A stretch of DNA of 64,000 nucleotides, taken from IMG/VR virus record IMGVR_UViG_3300008459_000008, positions 32,001-96,000 of that record; one strand, given 5' to 3'. The first letter of the stretch is position 1, and each line of letters begins with the position of its first letter. This document shows positions 30,827-40,112 of the stretch, piece by piece. The notes under the pieces are model-generated. The model was not told the origin of the DNA. It saw only the letters and a program-made list of their open reading frames with translations, and made no database searches. The translations under genes and the position numbers were made by a program. The stretch comes from a virus.

Positions 30827-33625
30827 TTACACTGTCAGTCCAGTGCAAGTTATGTTCTGAATGTGTCCAGTCCAAGACGATGGAGCTGTAATTCTAAATA
30901 AAATATAACCTTCGGAATAACGTGTGCTCCTACCGGATCTGAAATCCACCTCAATTACTGATGGATTGACCAAACTCGGACTACCTCTGAATGCTCCACC
31001 ACCATTGAATTGTTGATTATCAAAGGCTGGTTTTGATAAATCTAACCATCCTGTAACAGCACCACCTATAAGTCCAGCTGGAGGATTAGCTCTGTTATTA
31101 CTTTTTGGTAATTTTACTTCACACCAACACTCATTACCCTCCAATGTTGTATTTACCGGTACAAAAGTAGTATCTGTAAGTGTAAAACTAAATCTCAAAA
31201 TAGCAAAAGTTGATGAAGCATCGACTTGAAAATATCTTGTAAATGTTCTATAATTTCCAAAAGATGTATCAGTTGTTCCAAATCCAACAGTTGTTGTATT
31301 ACAAAAATCATATCTTACCGCAAGGCCAACACCTTTGTTTGGATTTGTTTCTGTAGTACCAGGATCACTATAATTAAACTTAGGGTAAACCAATTGACCA
31401 TTCAATATTTGTAAAGCATTTGTATAGCCAGATGTTTGGTTCAAACTCGAAGCACTATTCCAAGCTAAGTTAGCTAATACACTTTGTATATTATCGGTAG
31501 AGAGATCATATTTACTTGATCCATTTCTTAATCTATAATTTTCAGAAAGAAAACTCTCTGTCAATAATGATGAGGTTTCTGGATAATTATCTACAAAAAC
31601 ATTTGTTATTGTAGTAGATCCACTTGGATCCACACCCTGGACAGTCCTTAATACAGAAGTGGAAAATGAAACTGACTCATTTAGTCTTCTTACATTGGCA
31701 TTCAGTGCATAATTCCAAGTGATTAAATGTGACGTACTAGGTGATGTAACACTTGGTATAACTTTATCATCAGGTGGTCCCATTACAGGGAGTGTAGTTG
31801 TAGTGGGTTTTGAATTTATACCATTGTTTCCACCAGGAACCACGCTGGAAGAACTCAATGCGCTAGAAGAAGAATTATATGTGTTTCTTACATGGTTTTG
31901 TAGAGTAATTACATAATTTAAACCAAAGTTTTTCCAATATTTAATACCTGATAAGGTTTTTGGATTACTTCCGACAACTGTATTGATTATTGGTAATGTA
32001 AACGTAGTTGCTGTTGTACTTGGATCTGCAACCCATGAATAACTAGCCAGTGTTAAAGTTTGTGATGGTAATATATGTGATAAATCCAAGTAATTAAACC
32101 CTTGACGCAAATTCCCATCATCTCTTTTGATCAAAAACGAACCGGTTCGGTGCCAGAAAAACTCAAAAGGTACTCCAGATGGAAACTTTGATGAAGTAGC
32201 AGCGGATATAATTAAACCACTTTGAGCACCACCTGATGTAGTATTAATAGCTGATTTATTTGCTAAACTTTCATTTGATATAGTAACACCATTTAGTTTC
32301 AATACTAAAGATCCTGTAATGCCATTCCCAAAAGCATTTGTAGCATAAGCAGGTGTTGGATCACCAGGTCCTTCTTGAACACCAAAATTTAGTGTCCCCA
32401 CATAATCCTTATAATAAGTATCACCAGTAGTAAGAGTTTGATTGAAAAAAGAATTTATTCCCTTTCTAAATCCACTTGGATTAAAATCCCCATTTATTCC
32501 AACGGTAGGTGAAGCTGATAGACCAGCGATTGAACTATCAAAAGATAATTTTCCACCCACAAAACTAGGACCACCCAAACTCCAAGAGTTTAAATCAGGT
32601 GCTGGTGGTGGTACAAGAGCTAATAAAATTTCATTAAATCTATCAATAGGCACACCTATCGGAGTACTGTAGGTAAAATCAGTAAATAAACCATCCTCAT
32701 ACGTACCATCCTCAGCGGGTCCTATTGTCAGTGAAACGCTTCCACCCCCACCAAGATTATGAATTAAAAAATTATCAATGTTCCAACTCATATGATATTG
32801 GACATTTGGGACTAAATCTTGAGCACCTAGATCAATTAATGAACCACCATTTAATTTTTTAATCGGATAGTATCCAAGACCGTCTATTTCCAATGTAGAT
32901 GAACCTGAATTTGTAAATCCAAAATTAGCATAATAAACACTATAGCTATATGCATCTAAGGCAACTAAGTCAGAAGAAGTTGTGAATGAATATGTCGTAC
33001 CATCTGTGGATGTTGGTTGAATATATCTTATCTGTGAGAGATATTCCTTTTGCCAAAATCCACCCTCACTCCAAGTGCCAGAAAATTTATAAATTGCATT
33101 AGCAATGTTATCCACCCTAATCGTAGCTCCATTTGTAGGTGTTGTATAGACCCAATCACCTGATCCTGATAATGCTGAAGAATTCCATTCAGCAACTCTG
33201 TAGGATTGTGTAGCAAATCCAGCGAAACTCGGTGATGTGATAAGGAACCTGTCACCATTGGTCATCCCAGTTGGAGGTGTATCCACAATTGATAAAGCTG
33301 ATGGTAACCATTCTCCACTCACAGATATAGATTGGGGAGATCCTGAGAAAACCACCCAGTTCAAATTGTCTGTAATAGAAGTACTCGATGAGTTATATAC
33401 TAGTTGATATGTTCCATTTTTAGTTGGATCTGTTGTGTTATTATAGACTGTACATAACATACCCCATTCCCTTCTTGCTTCGATTATTGCATCTCTTTTG
33501 TCAAGAGTATCATACATATGGTGACCACCTTGTATATCAATTGCAAGAGCCGATGGAATTGGGTCATTCAAATCATTGGGCCTAACTGGGTTTGTTATTA
33601 GAGTTGCATTTTGTGGTTGTGCCAT
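30827..33625 (-). CDS. Large putative virion structural/fibre protein (contains DUF2793-like segment)
   Basis: PPTGMTNGDRFLI...AEWN...WVYTTPTNG segment; beta-rich composition; in a structural cluster. Confidence 0.5.
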   Translation of the reverse strand: MAQPQNATLITNPVRPNDLNDPIPSALAIDIQGGHHMYDTLDKRDAIIEARREWGMLCTVYNNTTDPTKNGTYQLVYNSSSTSITDNLNWVVFSGSPQSISVSGEWLPSALSIVDTPPTGMTNGDRFLITSPSFAGFATQSYRVAEWNSSALSGSGDWVYTTPTNGATIRVDNIANAIYKFSGTWSEGGFWQKEYLSQIRYIQPTSTDGTTYSFTTSSDLVALDAYSYSVYYANFGFTNSGSSTLEIDGLGYYPIKKLNGGSLIDLGAQDLVPNVQYHMSWNIDNFLIHNLGGGGSVSLTIGPAEDGTYEDGLFTDFTYSTPIGVPIDRFNEILLALVPPPAPDLNSWSLGGPSFVGGKLSFDSSIAGLSASPTVGINGDFNPSGFRKGINSFFNQTLTTGDTYYKDYVGTLNFGVQEGPGDPTPAYATNAFGNGITGSLVLKLNGVTISNESLANKSAINTTSGGAQSGLIISAATSSKFPSGVPFEFFWHRTGSFLIKRDDGNLRQGFNYLDLSHILPSQTLTLASYSWVADPSTTATTFTLPIINTVVGSNPKTLSGIKYWKNFGLNYVITLQNHVRNTYNSSSSALSSSSVVPGGNNGINSKPTTTTLPVMGPPDDKVIPSVTSPSTSHLITWNYALNANVRRLNESVSFSTSVLRTVQGVDPSGSTTITNVFVDNYPETSSLLTESFLSENYRLRNGSSKYDLSTDNIQSVLANLAWNSASSLNQTSGYTNALQILNGQLVYPKFNYSDPGTTETNPNKGVGLAVRYDFCNTTTVGFGTTDTSFGNYRTFTRYFQVDASSTFAILRFSFTLTDTTFVPVNTTLEGNECWCEVKLPKSNNRANPPAGLIGGAVTGWLDLSKPAFDNQQFNGGGAFRGSPSLVNPSVIEVDFRSGRSTRYSEGYILFRITAPSSWTGHIQNITCTGLTV

Positions 33626-33641
33626 TTCTTATTATATTGAT

Positions 33642-34643
33642 TTAATAAAGATTCAATTCGGCTATAGGTGAAGCAGATGTTGAGAAAGTTACCCAAACAT
33701 CATAATCATGTTCATAACCATAAATATTTTTATATTTAAAATTCGATTGAATTTTTTGAGCTATAGTGACAATACCAGTCGCAGTTCTAAACACAGGATT
33801 TCCAAAACTACTAGGCCAAGCCCAACAAAGATATTGTCCTTCACCATCAATGTTTGGAAATGATAATTTAATACCTTGGGTAGTGTTACCAGTAAAAGTG
33901 AGTGATCGATGTAAACCATTTCCTAAAACATCAGCACCATCAAGTAACCTTATCTCAGCAGATGTTAGGTCTGACCTATTTAATCTCCTACCCCAATAAA
34001 CTCTATGTCCATAGGAAACAGAAATCTCTGCAGATGTAGCAGGTTTTCCCTTATCATCTGTACATTTGAAAGTGTAAGAGTTAGTAACATTCAATATTGG
34101 TTTAATCGTCGGTGTTTTTTCACTTCCACCACCAGCAGGAACCGGTACTGTATATAATATAGTAGATGGTAAAGGTGCTGTCCTAGTGATTGTTCCAGTA
34201 GGTTGGAAATCGTAAGTACCTTTAGTAGCAGTCCATTCCAATTGATATGATACCAATTCATCAAAACCAGTATCGTATGGATAGTCTATTGGTGTATTTG
34301 GTTGTTTGTAATCCAAAGTGACTTGAGATGGTACAAATTTGAGACTAGCGGATGGATCAAAAACATCATGAAACAATTTATTGAAAATTGTGAAAAGTGA
34401 CATACTAGCAAAATTCTGACCTTTTGGGACACCACCCACTTTTAAATTTGAAGGGGTGTCGGTATAAACAAACTCAGAAAAACTTGCACCTTGAATATCA
34501 TCATATAGAGTAAGGACTACATTCCGCATATCCTGAGCCGAAATTTCATTAAGTGTGTTATCTGGTAACACATCCATCATCTCGGATATACCTGAGAGTG
34601 TTACAGCATATGTAGCTGATCCATATAGTCCTAATTCTGCCAA
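33642..34643 (-). CDS. Putative virion structural protein
   Basis: Probable TTG start at 34643, about 20 nt after a TATATA motif; LPDNTLNEISAQDMRN N-terminal motif; modules shared with the 29020 gene. Confidence 0.5.
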   Translation of the reverse strand: MAELGLYGSATYAVTLSGISEMMDVLPDNTLNEISAQDMRNVVLTLYDDIQGASFSEFVYTDTPSNLKVGGVPKGQNFASMSLFTIFNKLFHDVFDPSASLKFVPSQVTLDYKQPNTPIDYPYDTGFDELVSYQLEWTATKGTYDFQPTGTITRTAPLPSTILYTVPVPAGGGSEKTPTIKPILNVTNSYTFKCTDDKGKPATSAEISVSYGHRVYWGRRLNRSDLTSAEIRLLDGADVLGNGLHRSLTFTGNTTQGIKLSFPNIDGEGQYLCWAWPSSFGNPVFRTATGIVTIAQKIQSNFKYKNIYGYEHDYDVWVTFSTSASPIAELNLY

Positions 34644-34718
34644 AACTTCAAATAATTTTAAGGTATATATAAAATTCCAAAGTCCCAAGAGTAATATGAT
34701 ATCATGATGTTACATGAC

Positions 34719-35441
34719 TTATACCTCCCAAATGTAATAACCTTTATAAATTTCCTTCATCTTTACATTTGATGCATTGCCAACATCTAACATCGAATTT
34801 GGAATTAATGTGGTGATCATTTTGATCAACAAACCATCATCCAATTTTGAATTTATATTTTCTTTTAATAAATCTGGTGAAACAATTGACTTAAGTAAAA
34901 AATCCATTTTTGTATCTAGAATTTGTCCATATAGTGAGTTTAATTCAACTTCTTTTTCCATAATCTCATCAGAAATCTTTTGTTGAATTTTATTTTTCAG
35001 TAATCCAATTTCTTCAATTGAAAAAATTATAGATTTTTTTATATTATCAAAATCCCTTATTTCATATAGGTGCAAATCTGGTTCTAAAATGTTGATGTGA
35101 CCAAGACTTGTATTGTAATAGTCTGATAAAACTTTTTCGTGATCAATTCCACTTGGAGTTAAAGATATAAGTGATTCATTGAGACCGTTAGAAAATTGTT
35201 CAAACTTGAAAATTTTATCTCGTTCCATATTTTTACGATGTTCAACAACGTCCTTCACTACAATTTGAATATTTTCTATATCACTAATTCCGATATTTTC
35301 CAAAAATCTACTCATATTTTTATTTATATAACGATATATTTCACTAGGAGTGACATTATAAGACTTAATATATTCATCGATATGTTTATTTATTTTACCA
35401 TAGTATTGATTGAGTTCCGATGAATTTGTAATTTTTCTCAT
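34719..35441 (-). CDS. Hypothetical phage protein
   Basis: ATG at 35441 directly after ATATATA; internal IFKFEQF..LNE leader-like motif. Confidence 0.55.
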   Translation of the reverse strand: MRKITNSSELNQYYGKINKHIDEYIKSYNVTPSEIYRYINKNMSRFLENIGISDIENIQIVVKDVVEHRKNMERDKIFKFEQFSNGLNESLISLTPSGIDHEKVLSDYYNTSLGHINILEPDLHLYEIRDFDNIKKSIIFSIEEIGLLKNKIQQKISDEIMEKEVELNSLYGQILDTKMDFLLKSIVSPDLLKENINSKLDDGLLIKMITTLIPNSMLDVGNASNVKMKEIYKGYYIWEV

Positions 35442-35524
35442 ACCGTATATATATTTTTTTTCAAAACTGACTAAACTTTGATTTTTAAATTTCATATATA
35501 AAAAGAAACAAAAAAAAATATACT

Positions 35525-35704
35525 ATGAAAAAATTATTCGTAATGTTTGCAGTATCAGCTCTTCTAGTATCTTGTGGTGAAGCTACAAAGTCTGGAGAAG
35601 CGTGTGATTCTACAAAAGCTTGTTGCAAAGACTCTACAAAATGTGACACTACCAAGGTTTGTACTGATACTACTGCAGTTGACACTTCAAAAGTAAGTCA
35701 TTAA
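35525..35704 (+). CDS. 59-aa lipoprotein with Cys-rich D-S/T-T repeats (missed by ORF track)
   Basis: MKKLFVMFAVSALLVS|CGEATKSGEACDSTKACCKDSTKCDTTKVCTDTTAVDTSKVSH: basic N-terminus, hydrophobic core, LVS-C lipobox; promoter upstream, terminator downstream. Confidence 0.8.
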   Translation: MKKLFVMFAVSALLVSCGEATKSGEACDSTKACCKDSTKCDTTKVCTDTTAVDTSKVSH

Positions 35705-35772
35705 AATTTTAAGTTTACTTGTTTTTCTTAAAACAAGTTGGTGGAACAATGACCAAATCGGTCGACCTCTTG

Positions 35773-35808
35773 AGCCAGACGCAAATTGTGTCTGGCTTTT
35801 ACTTTTTT
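35773..35808 (+). terminator. Rho-independent terminator
   Basis: AGCCAGACGC-aaatt-GTGTCTGGCT followed by TTTACTTTTTT. Confidence 0.75.
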
Positions 35809-35819
35809 ATATATACTGT

Positions 35820-36722
35820 ATGAATTTAAAAGAACTTAGAGCCTTTTATAACACAAAACCTGTTGAATTCGTAGTAAGAAGAAAACACGAATTGAATGAA
35901 GATAATTCATATGTACCAAGATTCAATCTAAGAGACACTACACAGATTGTTGGTGTACCAATCAATGAACCAATAAAGCCAACACAAGAACTTTTAGTAA
36001 AGGCTATAAAATATGGTATGATTTTTCTTATCAACTATAAAGGTGAAGAAGATACTCACTTTGCTGGTCATGAACGTGTAATATATCCAATGGTATTGGG
36101 TAGATCATCAAAGGGTAAATTTTTGATAAGAGGATATCACTTAAACGGTTGGTCAGTTTCTTCCAATAGACACGTAAATAAAATTTGGAGGATGTTTAGA
36201 TTTGACAGAATTCTATCGATGACATTTACTGGTTCATTTTATAGATTACCACCACAAGGTTATAACATGAATGATAAAGGTATGAGAGGTGGGATTATTG
36301 CTAAAGCTGACTTCAATGAAATTAGAAAAAATCAACAATCCCTTCTAAAAACACAAGAAATTCAAAATAAGGAAGAAATTACTCTAGCTGAAGAAAATAA
36401 AAGTATGGTTTCAATAAAAGTGAAACCAACAGAAACTAAGATTGATTTGAACAATCCACTAGATAACGCTTATGTTAATAATATGAAAGACATAGCTAAT
36501 ATTAGAATATCTTTTTTGAAGAGTTTATACGGAAATAGATATATTGCTGTTGTTGGTGCACTTGGTCAACCAGGCAACACTGTTAAAGTTATGACTGATA
36601 AAGGATCTAATCTTGGCATCTATAAGGTTTTAGATTCGATATCCGGTGACACTTTGAAAAAAATAAAACGTGTCAAAGGAAATACTATATTTGAAGTATT
36701 TTTATTTGATTCCAAAATTTAA
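35820..36722 (+). CDS. WYL-like domain protein
   Basis: INYKG...ERVIYPMVLG...LIRGYH...WRMFRFDRILSM matches the WYL core. Confidence 0.65.
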   Translation: MNLKELRAFYNTKPVEFVVRRKHELNEDNSYVPRFNLRDTTQIVGVPINEPIKPTQELLVKAIKYGMIFLINYKGEEDTHFAGHERVIYPMVLGRSSKGKFLIRGYHLNGWSVSSNRHVNKIWRMFRFDRILSMTFTGSFYRLPPQGYNMNDKGMRGGIIAKADFNEIRKNQQSLLKTQEIQNKEEITLAEENKSMVSIKVKPTETKIDLNNPLDNAYVNNMKDIANIRISFLKSLYGNRYIAVVGALGQPGNTVKVMTDKGSNLGIYKVLDSISGDTLKKIKRVKGNTIFEVFLFDSKI

Positions 36723-37670
36723 TATTTCCTCCACAATTTGATCTGTAGGATCTTTCCAATAAATATTTTTTTGTGTTCTAGGTAAATTAATAAGTGTATT
36801 TATATCTTGCATACTACCAACTTTTACACCTAACCCTTTCAAAGACTCAGCATTACAAATTTGTTCGTATTGGTTATTAATAGGTATTACTATCAATTCT
36901 TTATTCAAGAAAAGTGTTTCAGCACAAGTCTGAAAACCACCAGCAGTGATGACACCCATACAGTTTTTCAAGCTTTCATCAAACAAAGATTTATCTATTG
37001 GTTTCAGAAAACAATTGCCATATCTGATTGGTCTTTTGATGTCTGTAAAAATTTCAAATTTATATTGTATTGGTTTTAGAAACTTCAAAATGTTTGTACT
37101 GTTCCAATTTGACAAGTAAACAGTATAATGACCTCTATTTTCAACATTAAAATTATAAATATTGTCTCTCAAAATAGGAGTTTTAATAAAATTATCATAC
37201 TCTTCAAAGTGAATTCCTATAGGATGTTTTACAGGTGCCATCCATTTAAGTAAAAATTCCCCTAAAAAACTCCTGTCAGTTGGTCTCGGTGTGTTTTTTG
37301 ACAAAAAAGAATATTGATTACTAATTCCAACAGATACTTTATCTTGAAATTCAGCGGCCCAAGCACTTATTGGTTCAAAATCACTAATAATTAAATCATA
37401 TGATGAGATGTCCAACTTTACATCCCCCATCAACTGTAATAATCTCAATTCTTTGAAAGTTTTCCAATAATCAATTTGACCTTCACCATCATAATAAAAT
37501 GTAAGACCTTTGAAGTTGTATTTTATTGGAAATGGAAAATTCACTTTAGAATTATTTCCTGAAGTTATTATATCAACCCTACAACCAGATTTGGATAGTC
37601 TCTGTACAATTTTCGAAGATCTTGTAATATGTCCATTACCAGTAGATTGTACACCATATAAAATCTTCAT
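36702..37670 (-). CDS. GT-B glycosyltransferase (MJ1255/VC2487-like)
   Basis: KILYGVQSTGNGHITRS, DLIISDFEP, TAGGFQTCAE, QYEQICNA. Confidence 0.85.
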   Translation of the reverse strand: MKILYGVQSTGNGHITRSSKIVQRLSKSGCRVDIITSGNNSKVNFPFPIKYNFKGLTFYYDGEGQIDYWKTFKELRLLQLMGDVKLDISSYDLIISDFEPISAWAAEFQDKVSVGISNQYSFLSKNTPRPTDRSFLGEFLLKWMAPVKHPIGIHFEEYDNFIKTPILRDNIYNFNVENRGHYTVYLSNWNSTNILKFLKPIQYKFEIFTDIKRPIRYGNCFLKPIDKSLFDESLKNCMGVITAGGFQTCAETLFLNKELIVIPINNQYEQICNAESLKGLGVKVGSMQDINTLINLPRTQKNIYWKDPTDQIVEEILNFGIK

Positions 37671-38395
37671 TTTACAAACTTTAATTCGATATTACCATCC
37701 AAATCTTCGATGATATAAGAACAACTTTCACAAAAATCACCAGTGTTGTAATATTTACCCTCAATTATTTCTGGACTATGTGTGTGGCCTATCATAATTG
37801 AATCACATCCTTTTTCATTAATTGTTGCTTCTGATATTTTTTTATATTCTGATAAAAATTTTATGGCTGATTTAACCCTCGATTTCATATAGGCAGAAAA
37901 TGACCAATATTCCAATTTGAATAATCGTCTGAACCAGTTATAAACCTTATTGATTGAAATTGATAATTCATAAGAAACATCACCAAGCCAGTATAACCAA
38001 GGACTAATTCTCACAAAACCATCAAAACAATCACCATGTGTTAAAAAAATAACTTCTCCTTTCAAAGAAGTATACATGTATTCATTACAAATCAGTATCT
38101 TACCAAAGTGTACATCCTCTTCATCAATTACTGTTCTTATATAGAAATCGTGGTTACCTACTATATACACGACATTGCAATCTTTTCTTGATAATCTCAA
38201 AACCTTCTGTATAACCGTTGAATGATCTTGATTCCAGTAAAATTTACGTTTCAAATAAGTCATATCGATAAAATCACCTATGATAAATAAATTATCAAAA
38301 TCATATTCCTTTAAAATTTTTAATAATTTATCAGCTTGAGAATTTGGATTACCAAGATGAATATCACTAATGAAAAGTGTTTTAATTTTGTTCAT
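37667..38395 (-). CDS. LpxH2/PlcP-like metallophosphoesterase
   Basis: FISDIHLG, GDFID, YWNQDHSTVIQKVL, GNHD, HGDCFDG, LGDVSYE, YWSFSAYMKSRVKSA, GHTH; ATGA-coupled to the glycosyltransferase. Confidence 0.8.
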   Translation of the reverse strand: MNKIKTLFISDIHLGNPNSQADKLLKILKEYDFDNLFIIGDFIDMTYLKRKFYWNQDHSTVIQKVLRLSRKDCNVVYIVGNHDFYIRTVIDEEDVHFGKILICNEYMYTSLKGEVIFLTHGDCFDGFVRISPWLYWLGDVSYELSISINKVYNWFRRLFKLEYWSFSAYMKSRVKSAIKFLSEYKKISEATINEKGCDSIMIGHTHSPEIIEGKYYNTGDFCESCSYIIEDLDGNIELKFVK

Positions 38396-38439
38396 AACTT
38401 CGTCTATATACCTATATATAATTAGAAATTTGGAATTTT

Positions 38440-38934
38440 ATGAACGCTTATACCCAAGAGGAAATTGATAGGATTAATAAAGTCAAAGAAACTAATGATA
38501 AATTAGAAGAATATTTCCTTCAACGAAGAGAAGAATGGAATAATAATCTTTCACCACTTTTTGATGTTATAAAAATGAGTTTAACTACCGAAAATTCTCA
38601 GAAAATTTTGGAAGTTCAATCACTTGCATTAAGCTATAGACAAGCTTTGAACGAACAAATTTCATTCTTTTTAAATAAAAGAAGTAAAGAAGAAGTAAAA
38701 AATAAAAAAATCAGACAAGATAAGTTTGTTTTCTATGCAACCGGATTTGGATTGAAAACAAACACTGGTGAAAAATCAATTTTGATAGATGCTCACCTTG
38801 CAGAAAATGATAGAAATATATTACTAATCGAAAACCATATTGAGTTTTTGAGAAACAGTTCAAAAAATCTTGAAAGTCTTGGATATACTATCAAGAACAT
38901 TATTGAATTGATGAATTATTTAGGAGGACGATAA
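38440..38934 (+). CDS. UvsY-like recombination mediator
   Basis: Helical 164 aa with C-terminal IEFL...LESLGYTIKNIIELMNYLGG resembling the T4-like UvsY tail. Confidence 0.5.
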   Translation: MNAYTQEEIDRINKVKETNDKLEEYFLQRREEWNNNLSPLFDVIKMSLTTENSQKILEVQSLALSYRQALNEQISFFLNKRSKEEVKNKKIRQDKFVFYATGFGLKTNTGEKSILIDAHLAENDRNILLIENHIEFLRNSSKNLESLGYTIKNIIELMNYLGGR

Positions 38935-40062
38935 GTGTTCTAAGGCTTTTTCAACCAAATCTCTATAACCTTGATAATCATTATCATTGAGTATGTCATT
39001 TAACATAGCCTTCAACAACGTCCTTCTACTTTCAAAACCAGGATCATAAATGTCTCCACTGGTCGAGGTTAACTCTATACAATTCTTACCTGGTGCATTA
39101 TGCAATTTACCGTTTTTTTCATTCAATAAAGCTAATGTATCCACAAATGGATAAAAGGCAAAATTCCACTTAGTTAATTGAACATTTATGTGTGACAAAT
39201 AAACCTTGTCATTGTAATTGAAAAATAGTGATTCCAAACCATCTGAAACATTTTTATTTTTCATCACCCAACCTTTATCTTTTGCGTAATTTTTGAACTT
39301 TATCATATCACTGTCATTTGCACAATATATCCTATCCATAAAATATTCAGCAGGACATCCATCTACCTTTTTATCAAGTTTCCATATAAGAGCTCTACCT
39401 AAAACTTTATTATCTTGATTTACATAAGCTAATAATTGACATACTTCTGGATTCTCTTTATAAATTCCGAAGTATCTCTGACAAACTGTATACCTCATAC
39501 AAGAAGCACCCAACTGACCTTTATCAGGATAAGCATAATTCATAAAATCATAATAGTAAGGAATTTCATCACCACTTATCAATTTGAATTCATTAGAAAC
39601 TACAACAAATTCTGATTTGTATAAATTTACAAAATCTTCATAATCCTTCTGAGTTAATCCTTGAATATGATCTTCGACAAAAGACAAATCTAAATCTTCA
39701 ATTACATTGGGGTCACTTAGTAATGCTTGAGCAAATCTACCAATCCTAATTTGGCCTCTGCCTGAAACATCATAATATTTTGAATTATCTTCATCCCACT
39801 GCATGGGTGTTCTTTTAGCTCTTTGATCGGATAAAAATGAAACCATTTCTGGTTCATTTGTAACATCAATCCAGTTTTGTGGAAGGTCTTTTACAATATA
39901 ATATTCTTCACCAAAAAGAACATATAATATTTCAGCTACTTTACTTTTATCTCTTATCTTATTTAATCTTGATAAAAATTCAGGTGATGCATTCAAATCG
40001 TTTTCTAGTATCAAAGAAATGACTTGTTTTTCAAGAATAAACCCATCAAAATTATTTATCAT
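38920..40062 (-). CDS. Uncharacterised phage protein, SCM/RALxW/MDRIY family (paralog A)
   Basis: GQLGASCMRY, GRALIW, FMDRIY, YPFVDT; ATG at 40062 after ATATATA; leader MINNFDGFILE. Confidence 0.6.
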   Translation of the reverse strand: MINNFDGFILEKQVISLILENDLNASPEFLSRLNKIRDKSKVAEILYVLFGEEYYIVKDLPQNWIDVTNEPEMVSFLSDQRAKRTPMQWDEDNSKYYDVSGRGQIRIGRFAQALLSDPNVIEDLDLSFVEDHIQGLTQKDYEDFVNLYKSEFVVVSNEFKLISGDEIPYYYDFMNYAYPDKGQLGASCMRYTVCQRYFGIYKENPEVCQLLAYVNQDNKVLGRALIWKLDKKVDGCPAEYFMDRIYCANDSDMIKFKNYAKDKGWVMKNKNVSDGLESLFFNYNDKVYLSHINVQLTKWNFAFYPFVDTLALLNEKNGKLHNAPGKNCIELTSTSGDIYDPGFESRRTLLKAMLNDILNDNDYQGYRDLVEKALEHLSSS

Positions 40063-40078
40063 AAGTTTATATATATTT

Positions 40079-40109
40079 TTTGTTATATTGAATAATATTC
40101 TTACATTTG
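40079..40109 (+). promoter_or_regulatory. Bacteroidota-type housekeeping promoter
   Basis: TTTG (40079-82), 19-nt spacer, TACATTTG (40102-09). Confidence 0.6.
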
Positions 40110-40112
40110 TAT

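Noticed and set aside
35485-35685. Minus-strand 66-aa ORF
   Set aside because: Antisense shadow of the + strand lipoprotein gene.
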